Shown: positions 8,986 to 18,122 of the stretch, in pieces
Position numbering within the stretch: position 1 is the stretch's first letter
Layout: every line of letters begins with the position of its first letter
DNA from: an uncultured virus (IMG/VR IMGVR_UViG_3300035182_002585)
Taxonomy: Duplodnaviria; Heunggongvirae; Uroviricota; Caudoviricetes
Length of the DNA: 64,000 nucleotides
Strand: one strand, 5' to 3'
Virus record (IMG/VR): IMGVR_UViG_3300035182_002585
Made by a program: the position numbers and the translations under genes
Notes under the pieces: model-generated
The model's input: the letters and a program-made list of their open reading frames with translations, nothing else
Told to the model about the DNA's origin: nothing
Databases searched by the model: none

Positions 8986-9215
8986 GGTAGAAGGCCGCCT
9001 GGATGGTTTCAGGTAGCCACGTCGGGCGTGGGCCGGTCGCGCAGACGTAGGACGCCGCTTCGAATCCGGCAGTCTCCGGGTCCATGAAGGGCGCCGCCCC
9101 TTCGGGGTACAGGTCCGTGGAGATGGAGCGCAGATCGCGGTGCAAGTAGGCGAACTGCGTCAGCCCCATCGCCCTCTTGTAGAGGGTGGGGTAGATCGTT
9201 CCGGAGGGTCGCCAT
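8978..9215 (-). pseudogene. Frameshifted hypothetical gene (or sequencing error)
   Basis: Class A motif points to ATG 9215 (MATLR); the protein-like frame (IYPTLYKRAMGL...) needs loss of one A near 9199. Confidence 0.5.
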
Positions 9216-9249
9216 GCCTCTTGTACAACGTGTGAGGTAGGCCGATCCA

Positions 9250-9456
9250 TCAGTCGTCCGCGTCGAGGATCGGATCAAAGCCAGTGGCGCACCACTCGGG
9301 CATCCCGCAGTCCGGGCAGGTCTCCCGGCCTCTCCGGTGCCGGTGGTCGCAGCGGGAGAGTAGGCGGTCCAGCTCCGCACGGGCGACTCTCTGACGGGTG
9401 TGTAGCCCCCGCACCTCGCTCTTGAGCGCCTCGATGCGCCTGCGGTAGGGGGTCAT
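9250..9456 (-). CDS. Small coiled-coil/Zn-finger protein
   Basis: C.H...CPDCG. Confidence 0.5.
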   Translation of the reverse strand: MTPYRRRIEALKSEVRGLHTRQRVARAELDRLLSRCDHRHRRGRETCPDCGMPEWCATGFDPILDADD

Positions 9457-9641
9457 GGCCGTCGCGGGAAACGGAACGGAAGCCCCGCCAGCTTCCTCCC
9501 GAGGAACCACCCGAGCGAACCCTCGGGGAAGCGGTCCGCAGCGGCAGCGCTCGCGGCCTGGAACGCCCTACGGAACTGAGCCTGCCCCGCCTTCGTTTGA
9601 AGGGCCCGAGCTACGATCTCGTCGCGCTTTTCCTTGGTCAT
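9453..9641 (-). CDS. Small protein with a capsid-N-terminus-like helix
   Basis: IVARALQTKAGQAQF motif shared with 13390-15054 and 52243-52869. Confidence 0.55.
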   Translation of the reverse strand: MTKEKRDEIVARALQTKAGQAQFRRAFQAASAAAADRFPEGSLGWFLGRKLAGLPFRFPRRP

Positions 9642-9907
9642 GTCCAGTCACCGATTTCTTGCCGTGCAAAGTGCCCGAAGATCCGAAGAGCCTGCACGAG
9701 AGTCATCCCGGGCGCCCACACTTCGAGCCCCGTGTCCCAGTGCCCTCCCCTCCCCTTCGGCGCGTGTTGGTGCCGTATGACACCCGTGGCCACCCACGCT
9801 TCGCCGCGACTCCCCCAGGTGAGACGGTTCAGGATAAACACGCCACCGCGCAGCGTTAGTCGGGCGAGTCGACGGCGACGCTGCCTCAACCAATGGGAGG
9901 GTCTCAC
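9638..9907 (-). CDS. Hypothetical protein
   Basis: Overlapping start/stop coupling. Confidence 0.5.
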   Translation of the reverse strand: MRPSHWLRQRRRRLARLTLRGGVFILNRLTWGSRGEAWVATGVIRHQHAPKGRGGHWDTGLEVWAPGMTLVQALRIFGHFARQEIGDWT

Positions 9908-10152
9908 GGCCACTCCTCGACCGCCTCGTTCGCGCCTTCGAGAGGGAGTCTCTTCTCGAAGTCATCGACGGGGAGCCACAGGCTGCTCCAGCAGGACTCG
10001 ACCCACCGCAAGGCCCATTTGCCGCCGTACCAGCGTCGAAAGAGCCGGTAGTTGGCCAGAACGGGGTACAGATAGCGCGTGAGCCCGCGCAGGAACCGCC
10101 AAGCGTGGGGACGCGGCAGAGGAGGGGGAGCCTCTCGGTAAGGTGCGATCAC
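9904..10152 (-). CDS. Hypothetical protein
   Basis: GGTGTA at 10163-10168. Confidence 0.55.
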   Translation of the reverse strand: MIAPYREAPPPLPRPHAWRFLRGLTRYLYPVLANYRLFRRWYGGKWALRWVESCWSSLWLPVDDFEKRLPLEGANEAVEEWP

Positions 10153-10161
10153 GACAAGGAT

Positions 10162-10377
10162 CTACACCTCGTCGAACGTCTTCACGACGATACGTTTCTT
10201 GCCCATCAGGGCCCGCAGGGCTCGGGGGTTGACGAAACCCCCACCAGTCGTCTCCCGTACCGTCCAGCCCACTGTAGGGCGGCCCGCCGGATCGGCACCA
10301 AGGACCAGGGGCGTCTCCTCTGAGGGGAGGCTCGGATCGATCACGATGAGGTCGGGCGGGATGCGGTCGTTGCTCAC
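10162..10377 (-). CDS. Hypothetical protein
   Basis: GGTGTA at 10390; ORF ends GTG TAG. Confidence 0.5.
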   Translation of the reverse strand: MSNDRIPPDLIVIDPSLPSEETPLVLGADPAGRPTVGWTVRETTGGGFVNPRALRALMGKKRIVVKTFDEV

Positions 10378-10398
10378 GAACGCATCCCGTACACCATG

Positions 10399-10578
10399 TC
10401 AGGCTTCTTGCAGCTCGCGGCGGATGATGGCGAGGCCGACGCGACGGCGCGCCCGACGCAGGCCCTTCTTGAGCCCCCACGCGCGCGGGTGACAGCAGCA
10501 GCGGTCGTACTGCGTCAGCCCCTTGGAGGTCACCGCTCCGGTCCGCGTGGCCTCGGGGATGAATTTACCGGCGCCCAT
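10399..10578 (-). CDS. Small basic protein (59 aa)
   Basis: Manually translated MGAGKFIPEA...KKGLRRARRR... Confidence 0.5.
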   Translation of the reverse strand: MGAGKFIPEATRTGAVTSKGLTQYDRCCCHPRAWGLKKGLRRARRRVGLAIIRRELQEA

Positions 10579-10613
10579 GATGCGTGCGGGCTAGCACAGC
10601 AGAGCCAACCCGT

Positions 10614-11123
10614 CTAGCGCTTGGACAACATCGCAAGGATGCGCTGCGCGTACGGGGTGCCGGCGCTCTTCGCGAGGTACGTGATCACGTCGATGTTGTA
10701 ATCGTCCTCGCTGTGCTCCGTGTCGCTGAAAACGAGCGTGATCACGTCTCCGGACCCCGTGTACACGTCCGCTTGGCCGTCACGGTCGTAGGGGATGGTC
10801 CCGAGGTACGTGCCGGGAACGCCTTCTGGACGAACCCACACAGGCTGGTCGATTGTCGCCTCGAAGATTTTGGGTTGAGACTCGGGGTCCAGTTCCTCTT
10901 CGGCGATCTGCCGAGCCTCGTCGAGGGTACTACAGGAGATGTGGATCTGCGGCTTGCTGACGACACGAACGACCCATTCGTTCGGCCGTTCGGCACGCCC
11001 ACCGATCCAGTAGACGCGAACCGCCACCTCTTCTCCTACATAGAGGAGGTGGTAGAAGTCCCGCGCCCGTGTTGAGTTCGCATACTCTGGAAGGCGAGGG
11101 ACGGTCACCCAACGGCTAACCAT
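10614..11123 (-). CDS. Hypothetical protein
   Basis: ORF with a CTGTA-type upstream motif. Confidence 0.6.
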   Translation of the reverse strand: MVSRWVTVPRLPEYANSTRARDFYHLLYVGEEVAVRVYWIGGRAERPNEWVVRVVSKPQIHISCSTLDEARQIAEEELDPESQPKIFEATIDQPVWVRPEGVPGTYLGTIPYDRDGQADVYTGSGDVITLVFSDTEHSEDDYNIDVITYLAKSAGTPYAQRILAMLSKR

Positions 11124-11144
11124 GCCTCGTACAGTACAGCAGGA

Positions 11145-11399
11145 TCAGGCGGCGTCTAGGTCCACCCCCGGCTCGATCGAGTAGCAGCCGGGTACGATCG
11201 TGGTTGCCCCGCTGGACGCGAAGGTCACCGCCGTGGGGCTCGTACGAGTGACCGCCAACCACTCGCTCTTGCGGAGCCAGGATTCGAGGGAATCGAGCTT
11301 CCCGATCGCCTTCTCGACCGTCGAGAAGGCCCCCACGACCTGGACAGCTCCGGGGCCGCCGGCCGGGTTACAGGTCCGGAAGAGCACGATGTGGATCAT
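11145..11399 (-). CDS. Hypothetical protein
   Basis: GGTGTA 11 nt upstream; VVGAFSTVEKA. Confidence 0.6.
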   Translation of the reverse strand: MIHIVLFRTCNPAGGPGAVQVVGAFSTVEKAIGKLDSLESWLRKSEWLAVTRTSPTAVTFASSGATTIVPGCYSIEPGVDLDAA

Positions 11400-11692
11400 G
11401 CCTTGGGGCTTACACCACCAGAGCGGTGGTCCGCATCCAAGGCCACCTCGATCACCAGCTCGGTAAGGGCCTGCCAGGCTCGCATCTCCTCTGCGTGGAG
11501 CGCCATGTCGAGCGCTCCGGTCGACCGGACGGCCCCGAGGCTCGCCAACCGCCAGACCTGTTCGGTGGCGTAGATGTCGAGGTGGGCGCTGGCGACCTGC
11601 TCGATGAGCTGGAGCGCGTCCTGTGCTGGCTCGCGGCCGCACGTGCAGGGGTGACCACCACGGACGTGGCAGCGGTCGGTGTGCTCGCTCAT
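11396..11692 (-). CDS. Hypothetical protein
   Basis: Translationally coupled ORF. Confidence 0.55.
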   Translation of the reverse strand: MSEHTDRCHVRGGHPCTCGREPAQDALQLIEQVASAHLDIYATEQVWRLASLGAVRSTGALDMALHAEEMRAWQALTELVIEVALDADHRSGGVSPKA

Positions 11693-11964
11693 CAGACGTC
11701 CCAGTGCCCGGCGACGCCGCGCGTGAGGCGGCGATCGATCTTGGCCTGCCCGTACGTCTTGTCGATCAGCGCGTCGTCCTGGACGAGATGAAGGTCATCC
11801 GGGTGGATGGTCATCAGACCCTTGGTGCCGCACGGGGTCCCGTTACTCCTGTTGCACGTGTGTCGAAGCCTCTGCGCTTCGACGATCACACGAACCTTCG
11901 TGACCCTGATGACCTTGCCCTCGACGATGGACTTGTCGGCGGCGATGAGGCGGATCTTGAGCAT
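11692..11964 (-). CDS. Hypothetical protein (SH3-like beta)
   Basis: GGTGTA at 11978-11983. Confidence 0.55.
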   Translation of the reverse strand: MLKIRLIAADKSIVEGKVIRVTKVRVIVEAQRLRHTCNRSNGTPCGTKGLMTIHPDDLHLVQDDALIDKTYGQAKIDRRLTRGVAGHWDV

Positions 11965-12181
11965 CGGGAGGGGAAGGTACACCAGGTGTACCCTCTCTCG
12001 TGCCCTATGTGATCGCTCGCGACGACGGCGAGTTCTTTGAGGTTTGGCAAGCGCACCGGAGCTGCTTTGGAGGGTACACCAGATACACATGACACGCGGG
12101 GGGCTATTGGACCACTTGGAGTCAGGGGTGAGTTGGATAGGGGTGATCATCTTGCCCTAGACCCGGCCATAAACACCCTTG

Positions 12182-12379
12182 TCAATCGATGGGCCAGCCC
12201 TCAGGGTCTTGCCCACTCAGCTCGATCTTCGAGGCGATCGCTTTCGCCATGGCGTGGCACGCCCCACCCTCACGCCACCAGCGGGCTTCGGCGAGGGCGA
12301 TCTTCACGCACCGCTGCCGCTCCGAACGAATGGCATCCTGGATGCGGGCTTCGACGATCGGGTCCTTCTCCGTGCTCAT
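12182..12379 (-). CDS. Hypothetical protein
   Basis: Follows the ligase; ERQRCVKIA. Confidence 0.55.
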   Translation of the reverse strand: MSTEKDPIVEARIQDAIRSERQRCVKIALAEARWWREGGACHAMAKAIASKIELSGQDPEGWPID

Positions 12380-12381
12380 GG

Positions 12382-13350
12382 TCACCCCGCAGCGAGCATC
12401 GCGCGGTAGATGGGCCCGAGGACCTTCGAGACGGCGCCGGGCAGCACCTTCTCCGTGCACCCCGTCGCGACCCACTCGGCTTCGTGCTCCTTGTGGAGGT
12501 CCGCGACGATCTCCGTAAGGAGCGCCGGCATGTCGGCCATCGTGTTCTTGAGCGCGACGCCACGATCAGCGAGACGGCCGATCGCGTTGGTGACCCGCCC
12601 CTCCGTGACGAAGGTGGCGGCGAAGTCGTCGGCAGGCGAGGCGGTGCGCTCTTTCGGCGCCGTCGGGGCGTGCGCCACCTCGGAGAACTTCTTGCCCTTG
12701 TGCTTCACGATCAACCACTCCCCGAACACATCGCGGAGCAGCGGGTTGGAGCGGATGACCACACCTTCCGCGAGGTTGTTCACGTCGGTGATGCCGTTGA
12801 GTATGCCTTCCGTCGAAGGCTTCTCCAGTAGCGCGTCGAACGCCTCCTGCGTCGGCTCTCCACGCCACACCTCGTGCACGCGTGGGCAGCCCATCTTGTC
12901 CACCAGCTCGACGAAGAGGTCGTAGGTGACGAAGTTCGGGCCCACCATCAGGTCGAAGGCGCGGAAGAGAACGCCCTGCCCGAGGCTGTACTTCACTCCC
13001 TTGGCCTTCACCCCCGGTCCGTAGACCTCGCCGAAGATCGTCGCGTCCGAGAAGTTGTAGGACTTGATCACTTCCCACATCGCAGTGAGAAGCTCCGGCC
13101 GCTGCTTGCACCAGTTGATCGCGTTGCCGAGGGGGAAGTCGGCACCCGGCGTGTAGTCGACCGAGTGCGAGCCGTACCTGATGTCGTCGAGGCTCGTCAT
13201 CCCGCAGGGGAAGTGGATGCGGAAGGTCGACCCGTGCAGCTTCTCGGTCGCGATCACTTCCTTGACCGCGAAGATCTCCGGCCTCTTATAGACGAGGACG
13301 ATCTCCGGGTACTTCGGGAACGGGGCGGGCGGGGCGGGCGTCGAGTCCAT
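12382..13350 (-). CDS. RNA ligase, Rnl2 family
   Basis: Motif I TEKLHG, III FGEVYG, IIIa FRAFDL, IV EGVVIR, V IVKHK. Confidence 0.9.
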   Translation of the reverse strand: MDSTPAPPAPFPKYPEIVLVYKRPEIFAVKEVIATEKLHGSTFRIHFPCGMTSLDDIRYGSHSVDYTPGADFPLGNAINWCKQRPELLTAMWEVIKSYNFSDATIFGEVYGPGVKAKGVKYSLGQGVLFRAFDLMVGPNFVTYDLFVELVDKMGCPRVHEVWRGEPTQEAFDALLEKPSTEGILNGITDVNNLAEGVVIRSNPLLRDVFGEWLIVKHKGKKFSEVAHAPTAPKERTASPADDFAATFVTEGRVTNAIGRLADRGVALKNTMADMPALLTEIVADLHKEHEAEWVATGCTEKVLPGAVSKVLGPIYRAMLAAG

Positions 13351-13389
13351 GCTCCTCTCTACACCGAGAGGAGCATGGACCCCCGGCTG

Positions 13390-15054
13390 TCACTCAGGCA
13401 GCGTCACGCGTGCCGACATGCCCACGTGGAGGTAGATGGCCGTGCGGCCATCCTCGTGCCGCACAACACCTCCGGCGAGGTCCGGCGACACCGTGGCGTA
13501 GGCGATCCCGATGGGGATCAGGTCCGACGCGACGACGGCGATCCTGGTAGGCACGTGCGGAAGCAGTTTCAGCAGGTGCTTCTTGTGGGCGTACAGGTGC
13601 GTGATCGGATCCGGAAGCTCCCTCTGGAGCGTCTCGAACACCGTTTGGTACGTTTCTACACGAACAGAGTCGCGCCCCGTGCTCACCGTGTCCGCATCGA
13701 AGATCGCGTAGAGGCGCTCTTCGATGGCGTGTTCGTTCTCGTACGCGACGAAGGGCACGAAGATGTTCTTCGGCACCTTCACGAGGATGATGCCCTGTCC
13801 GTCCTCGTTCATGAGAAGCGCGCCGGGCCCCCGGTTCTTGATCGTCGCCAGAGGAGACGGGTCGAGAGACCGCGTGAACACCTTCACGGGAGACGGGAGG
13901 ACTTCGCCCACGTCGTAGAGGGACACGAGGTTCTGCGGGTAGCTCAGCGTCTCGGGAAGGGTGGCTGCGTGCACTGCGTTCTCGGGTGCCTCCGCAACGT
14001 GCGCGAAGCCTTGAGGAATGAGCCGGCTCACGTAGACCTCGCACCGAACCCTCTCGTCATCTGCCGTCGAAGCCCTGAGGTTCCCCTGAAAACCGATCCG
14101 GAGGAGGTCCGCCTTCGTGCAGGGGTCGAGGCGGCCCGTGCCCGTCCCACCGTGGTACTTGCGCACGTCGGCATAGTCCACGACGTTGAGGAACACGACC
14201 TTCGCCTCGGGCGTGTCGAACAGGTGGGCGTCGAGCAGGTCGAGCTTTCGTGCGGTCGGGCCCTTGGCGGTGGAGACCGGCCAGGGGACACGAGGCAGGC
14301 GAGAGATCCCGCGCAACTTGGCGTGGCTCCCTTCGGGAAGAGGAACTTCGACGTACCGATCGACACTGACCCCCGGCTGCTCCGAGCCCGGCTCCCTTCC
14401 GTCGTTACGCTTTGCGTAGGCACGCACGTGAGTCGGCGTGACTTCGAGGCGCGCGACCGGATGCCCACTCTTTTCGAGACCTCCCGCCGCCTCCTCGACG
14501 TACGGAGAGAGGGCCTTGACGACCGCGTAGTTCGCGCAGTCGATGCCCGGCGCACGGACGTACCCGAACCCGGGCATCGTCTGCATCTCCGTAACAGTGC
14601 CGCTGTCGAAGCTCTCCCCCGTGTCTACGGGAAGGCTCATGTCGAACCCGCGAGCCTTCAGCTCCCCTTCCATCGCATCGATGCCCTGGAGAAGATTTTG
14701 CACCCCTTGTTTGGCGCCCGTTACGTCTTCGGCTGCGTCCTTGCGAACCCCCCTCATGATCACCCGGAGCCGCTGAACGCGGCTCGCGAGTTCGATAGGG
14801 TTGTGATCCGTGAGGCGCATCGAGTCGAGGAGCTTGGCTCGACCCTCGGGCGTTGTGAGGTAGTGTCTGACGAGCAGGCGAGCAGCCGTATCGTGCTGCG
14901 CTTCACTCCCCTCGAACATTGTGGGAGACCACGACGGAAAGTGCCCCGTCTCACCCGTGTCCGTGCTCTCACGGAGGCTGTGGACAGCCGCCTCGTGAGA
15001 CATCCCGGTCGACTTCATGCGCGCACGAACGCGCTTCTTACGTGTACTAGGCAT
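13390..15054 (-). CDS. Multi-domain protein containing a degenerate major-capsid-like segment
   Basis: YLTTPEGRAKLLDSM; VFLNVVDYADVRKY...LLRIGFQGNL...VSRLIPQG; Arg-rich N-terminus. Confidence 0.55.
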   Translation of the reverse strand: MPSTRKKRVRARMKSTGMSHEAAVHSLRESTDTGETGHFPSWSPTMFEGSEAQHDTAARLLVRHYLTTPEGRAKLLDSMRLTDHNPIELASRVQRLRVIMRGVRKDAAEDVTGAKQGVQNLLQGIDAMEGELKARGFDMSLPVDTGESFDSGTVTEMQTMPGFGYVRAPGIDCANYAVVKALSPYVEEAAGGLEKSGHPVARLEVTPTHVRAYAKRNDGREPGSEQPGVSVDRYVEVPLPEGSHAKLRGISRLPRVPWPVSTAKGPTARKLDLLDAHLFDTPEAKVVFLNVVDYADVRKYHGGTGTGRLDPCTKADLLRIGFQGNLRASTADDERVRCEVYVSRLIPQGFAHVAEAPENAVHAATLPETLSYPQNLVSLYDVGEVLPSPVKVFTRSLDPSPLATIKNRGPGALLMNEDGQGIILVKVPKNIFVPFVAYENEHAIEERLYAIFDADTVSTGRDSVRVETYQTVFETLQRELPDPITHLYAHKKHLLKLLPHVPTRIAVVASDLIPIGIAYATVSPDLAGGVVRHEDGRTAIYLHVGMSARVTLPE

Positions 15055-15210
15055 GGCGTTCCCTCGTGCTGCCGAGCCCGATCCTCCCCCTCAGACCCGC
15101 AGCGTGGAACGCGGCCACTCCGCTCTGAGGTTGTACCCTCTCTGCTTCGCGTAGGTACGGCCACGGGGAGGGCGGCCGGTGCGAAGTTGGGCCGGAGAGG
15201 CGGCCCGTGA
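15055..15210 (-). promoter_or_regulatory. Structured ~155-nt 5' leader
   Basis: GGTGTA at 15217-15222; stems GGGCCG/CGGCCC and CCTCAGA/TCTGAGG. Confidence 0.5.
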
Positions 15211-15240
15211 GGAATGTACACCAGGGCGGCACCCCGTCAA

Positions 15241-16434
15241 CTAGACCCCCGTGCGCATCGCCGGGATGTAGGGCAGGTGGTCCGGGCCCTTCACGTAGCT
15301 GTCACGCCAGTAGGTCAAGATCGCCATCCACTCGTCGGGTTTCTTCGGCGACATCTTGCGGGCCGTGAGCCTCTCGTGATCCTCGGAGAGGGGTTCCTTG
15401 TCCGCGTAGATGCGGTAGCCACGGGCAGCCAGGCGGTCCTGGACCTCGGGATCCATCGGCAGCGCGCCGCGCAAGACGCGGGTGCACTCGTGCGCGCGGA
15501 CATCGAAGCGGTGCGAGAACTCCCTCGGCGGCTTCGTGCTCTGCGTGTGGAGGTCGAACGCGCGGTTCACCGCCTCGTCTTCGAGCCTCACGACGTAGTA
15601 GGGCTTCGGCAACGGCAAGGTGCCAGCGTTCGGCGCCATCTTCCGCGTGAGCCGCTGGCCCATCGTCCAGGCCGTAGCCGTGAGGCTTCTGTGCTCGTTG
15701 ATCGCGTGGATGATCGACGGCACGACCCACGGGTCGAGGTCGTACGGATGGTCCCACTCACCATCCTCGTAGGCGCGGAGCAACATACAGTGCCAGTTGC
15801 CGGGATCATCCACGCGCATTCCGCTCACGAAGGCGTAGGCGATGGCACGGTCTCCCTCCCACCAGAGGAGGTGCCCGTTGATCGTGAAGCGCTCGAATCC
15901 AAGACGCAGAAGGAACTGCGTCCCTTTCGTCCCCGCGCGCGCACCGATGTGATCGATGGAGATCCCAACGTTACCGTAGGCGAGGAAGACCGCATCGAAC
16001 GGGAGCCTGCCGGGGAAGGCGATGTGGCGGCCCGCTTCGGAGCACGCAACCATCAGGTGCTCGGGGTCCGTCTCGTCTTTGTGCTCTTCGAGAAGCTGCT
16101 TCTTGAGCTGTTCGCGCGCTTCTTCAAAGGCAACAGGGTCACCGATGCGGAGGGGCTCTTTCGGCCCGAACCACTTGAGGCCCGCCAGAACTTCCGTCGT
16201 GTAGAGGTCGGCCTTCCGATAGAAGCGGGCGTATGTCGAGGGCTCAACCACGAAGATGCGGGCCCTTTGGAGGGCCGCCCACGCATGCTTGGCGCGTCGG
16301 TGCCCCTCCTCTTGGGGGATGCCCCCGGCGACGATCCCATCTCCGCGAGCTTGCTCGCGCGCCGAGTCGCAGGCTGCGAGGTAGGCTCGCAGCGCGCTGT
16401 CTTGGATCTGCTTCTCCGCCTTCGAGGTGGCCAT
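15241..16434 (-). CDS. Conserved hypothetical phage protein
   Basis: C-terminal SHRFDVRAH...WRDSYVKGP; GGTGTA 9 nt upstream. Confidence 0.75.
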   Translation of the reverse strand: MATSKAEKQIQDSALRAYLAACDSAREQARGDGIVAGGIPQEEGHRRAKHAWAALQRARIFVVEPSTYARFYRKADLYTTEVLAGLKWFGPKEPLRIGDPVAFEEAREQLKKQLLEEHKDETDPEHLMVACSEAGRHIAFPGRLPFDAVFLAYGNVGISIDHIGARAGTKGTQFLLRLGFERFTINGHLLWWEGDRAIAYAFVSGMRVDDPGNWHCMLLRAYEDGEWDHPYDLDPWVVPSIIHAINEHRSLTATAWTMGQRLTRKMAPNAGTLPLPKPYYVVRLEDEAVNRAFDLHTQSTKPPREFSHRFDVRAHECTRVLRGALPMDPEVQDRLAARGYRIYADKEPLSEDHERLTARKMSPKKPDEWMAILTYWRDSYVKGPDHLPYIPAMRTGV

Positions 16435-16450
16435 GGTGACTAGTACACCC

Positions 16451-16981
16451 TCACTCGGCCGCAGCCGCGTGTGCTTCACGGCGCACGAGCCGGACGTACT
16501 CTCGTCCCTGGACCCGCAGGCCCTTGGACCCTTCGGTCCGGTAGGGGTCGTCGTCGGCCAGAGGAACGCAGTCGTAGGCCGCCAGGGGGCGATCGTAGAG
16601 CGCCTGGATGCGAGCCTCGTCGTCCGCGGTCATCGAGCACGGGGACGTGCCGTAAGAGCGCTTGACGGCCTTCACGGCCGACACCCCATCGATGAGCCAG
16701 AGGTCCTGCCCGACGAAAGCCCGGGCGAGAATGTCGAGCGCCAGGTTGAGGTAGTGCTGGTCGAGCTTGTAGAGGAACCGGTTGCCCTTCTTGTTTCGGA
16801 GCTGCACCTGCGCGACGAGGATGCCGCGACGCGCCGGGGCAAAGCCGACGGTCAGCACGTGGCGTGAGCTTCACCTCAAAGCCGTGGAAGGGTCCTCCGA
16901 GTGTTCGGGGGCGACGGCCGTGAGGTCACGGTAGCCGATTTCAGAGGGCTTGAGGGGGTCCGGGTAGACGTAGGGCTGCAC
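16451..16981 (-). pseudogene. Gene with a single in-frame TGA at codon 37
   Basis: Class A motif points to GTG 16981; TGA at 16871-16873 is in frame with the downstream 135-aa ORF. Confidence 0.6.
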
Positions 16982-17030
16982 ACCTCTTCTACAACGTGGA
17001 GTCAGCGCCGATCCATCCGGTGTACCGGCG

Positions 17031-18119
17031 TTGTTCGTGACCCATCCTGTAAACGAGGTTCTCTATGGTGACGCACACACGATGCTCTGCACGCTCCCGG
17101 ACAAGTACGTCCAGACATGTGTGACGAGTCCCCCCTACTTCGGGCTGCGGGATTACGGTGTGGCGGGGCAGCTTGGTCTGGAAGGTAGCGTATCAGAGTA
17201 CATCACGGGCCTCGTGAAGGTCTTCCGTGAGGTCAAAAGAGTTCTACGGGATGACGGGACCTTGTGGGTCAACATCGGCGACAGCTACGCTGGAGTACCC
17301 ATCGATGAAATGACGGGGACCGCGAAGTGCGGGGTGGACACCAAAGCGAAGAACCTTCTGGGTGTCCCGTGGCGTTTGGCCTTCGCTCTGCAAGATGACG
17401 GGTGGTTTCTTCGTACAGAGGTCATCTGGAACAAACCCAACGGGCTCCCCTCCTCAGTCAAAGACCGGCCGACCCGCTGCCACGAGTACATCTTCTTGCT
17501 GACGAAGGGGGGCCAGTACTTCTACGATCAAAACGCGATTAGAGAGCCCGACCCTGAAACGGGCGACACCTTGAACGGCGCCAACCGTCGTTCCGTGTGG
17601 ACCATCGCCACACAATCCTACACGGGGGCACACACGGCCGTGTTCCCGACTCGTCTGCCCGAGCTTTGCATTAAGGCCGGGACAAGTGCAAAAGGGGCGT
17701 GCGTAAAGTGTGGGGCACCCTGGAAGCGGGTCGTAGAAGAGGGGCGCCTTGTGTCGAGCGGGCGGGGGCGTTCTGGCGAGATCCACTCCAACCAATACCG
17801 TGACAGGTACAAGGTCGAACTGGGTGCTGGGTCCGCAGGCGGAGACACTGGCAGCGGGTTCGGAAAGTACGAGCGTCGTGACCTCGGGTTCCGACCTTCG
17901 TGTAAGTGCGAGGAGGGGGTGTGCCCCTGCGTCGTACTTGACCCGTTCACTGGAAGCGGCACCACTCTAGCTGTAGCTCGACAGCACTTGAGGTCCTACC
18001 TAGGTATAGAGCTGAACGAAGAGATGTACCGACCTCTGATCGAACGAAGGCTCGCCTCGGCCAATGACGAAGCGAGCCTTCGAGGGGGGTTTGAGGAGAT
18101 GCTGGATCTCTGCGAGTAG
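17031..18119 (+). CDS. DNA methyltransferase, N4C/N6A beta class, with Cys-rich insertion
   Basis: TSPPY, HTAVFP, VLDPFTGSGTT, GIELN; CVKC...CKC insert. Confidence 0.92.
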   Translation: MFVTHPVNEVLYGDAHTMLCTLPDKYVQTCVTSPPYFGLRDYGVAGQLGLEGSVSEYITGLVKVFREVKRVLRDDGTLWVNIGDSYAGVPIDEMTGTAKCGVDTKAKNLLGVPWRLAFALQDDGWFLRTEVIWNKPNGLPSSVKDRPTRCHEYIFLLTKGGQYFYDQNAIREPDPETGDTLNGANRRSVWTIATQSYTGAHTAVFPTRLPELCIKAGTSAKGACVKCGAPWKRVVEEGRLVSSGRGRSGEIHSNQYRDRYKVELGAGSAGGDTGSGFGKYERRDLGFRPSCKCEEGVCPCVVLDPFTGSGTTLAVARQHLRSYLGIELNEEMYRPLIERRLASANDEASLRGGFEEMLDLCE

Positions 18120-18122
18120 CCC

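Noticed and set aside
12874..15210. Long antisense ORFs (e.g. 778 aa here; also 4134-5504, 28736-30223, 15214-16443)
   Set aside because: Shadow frames of high-GC3 genes on the opposite strand, with Arg/Gly/Val-biased composition and no motifs
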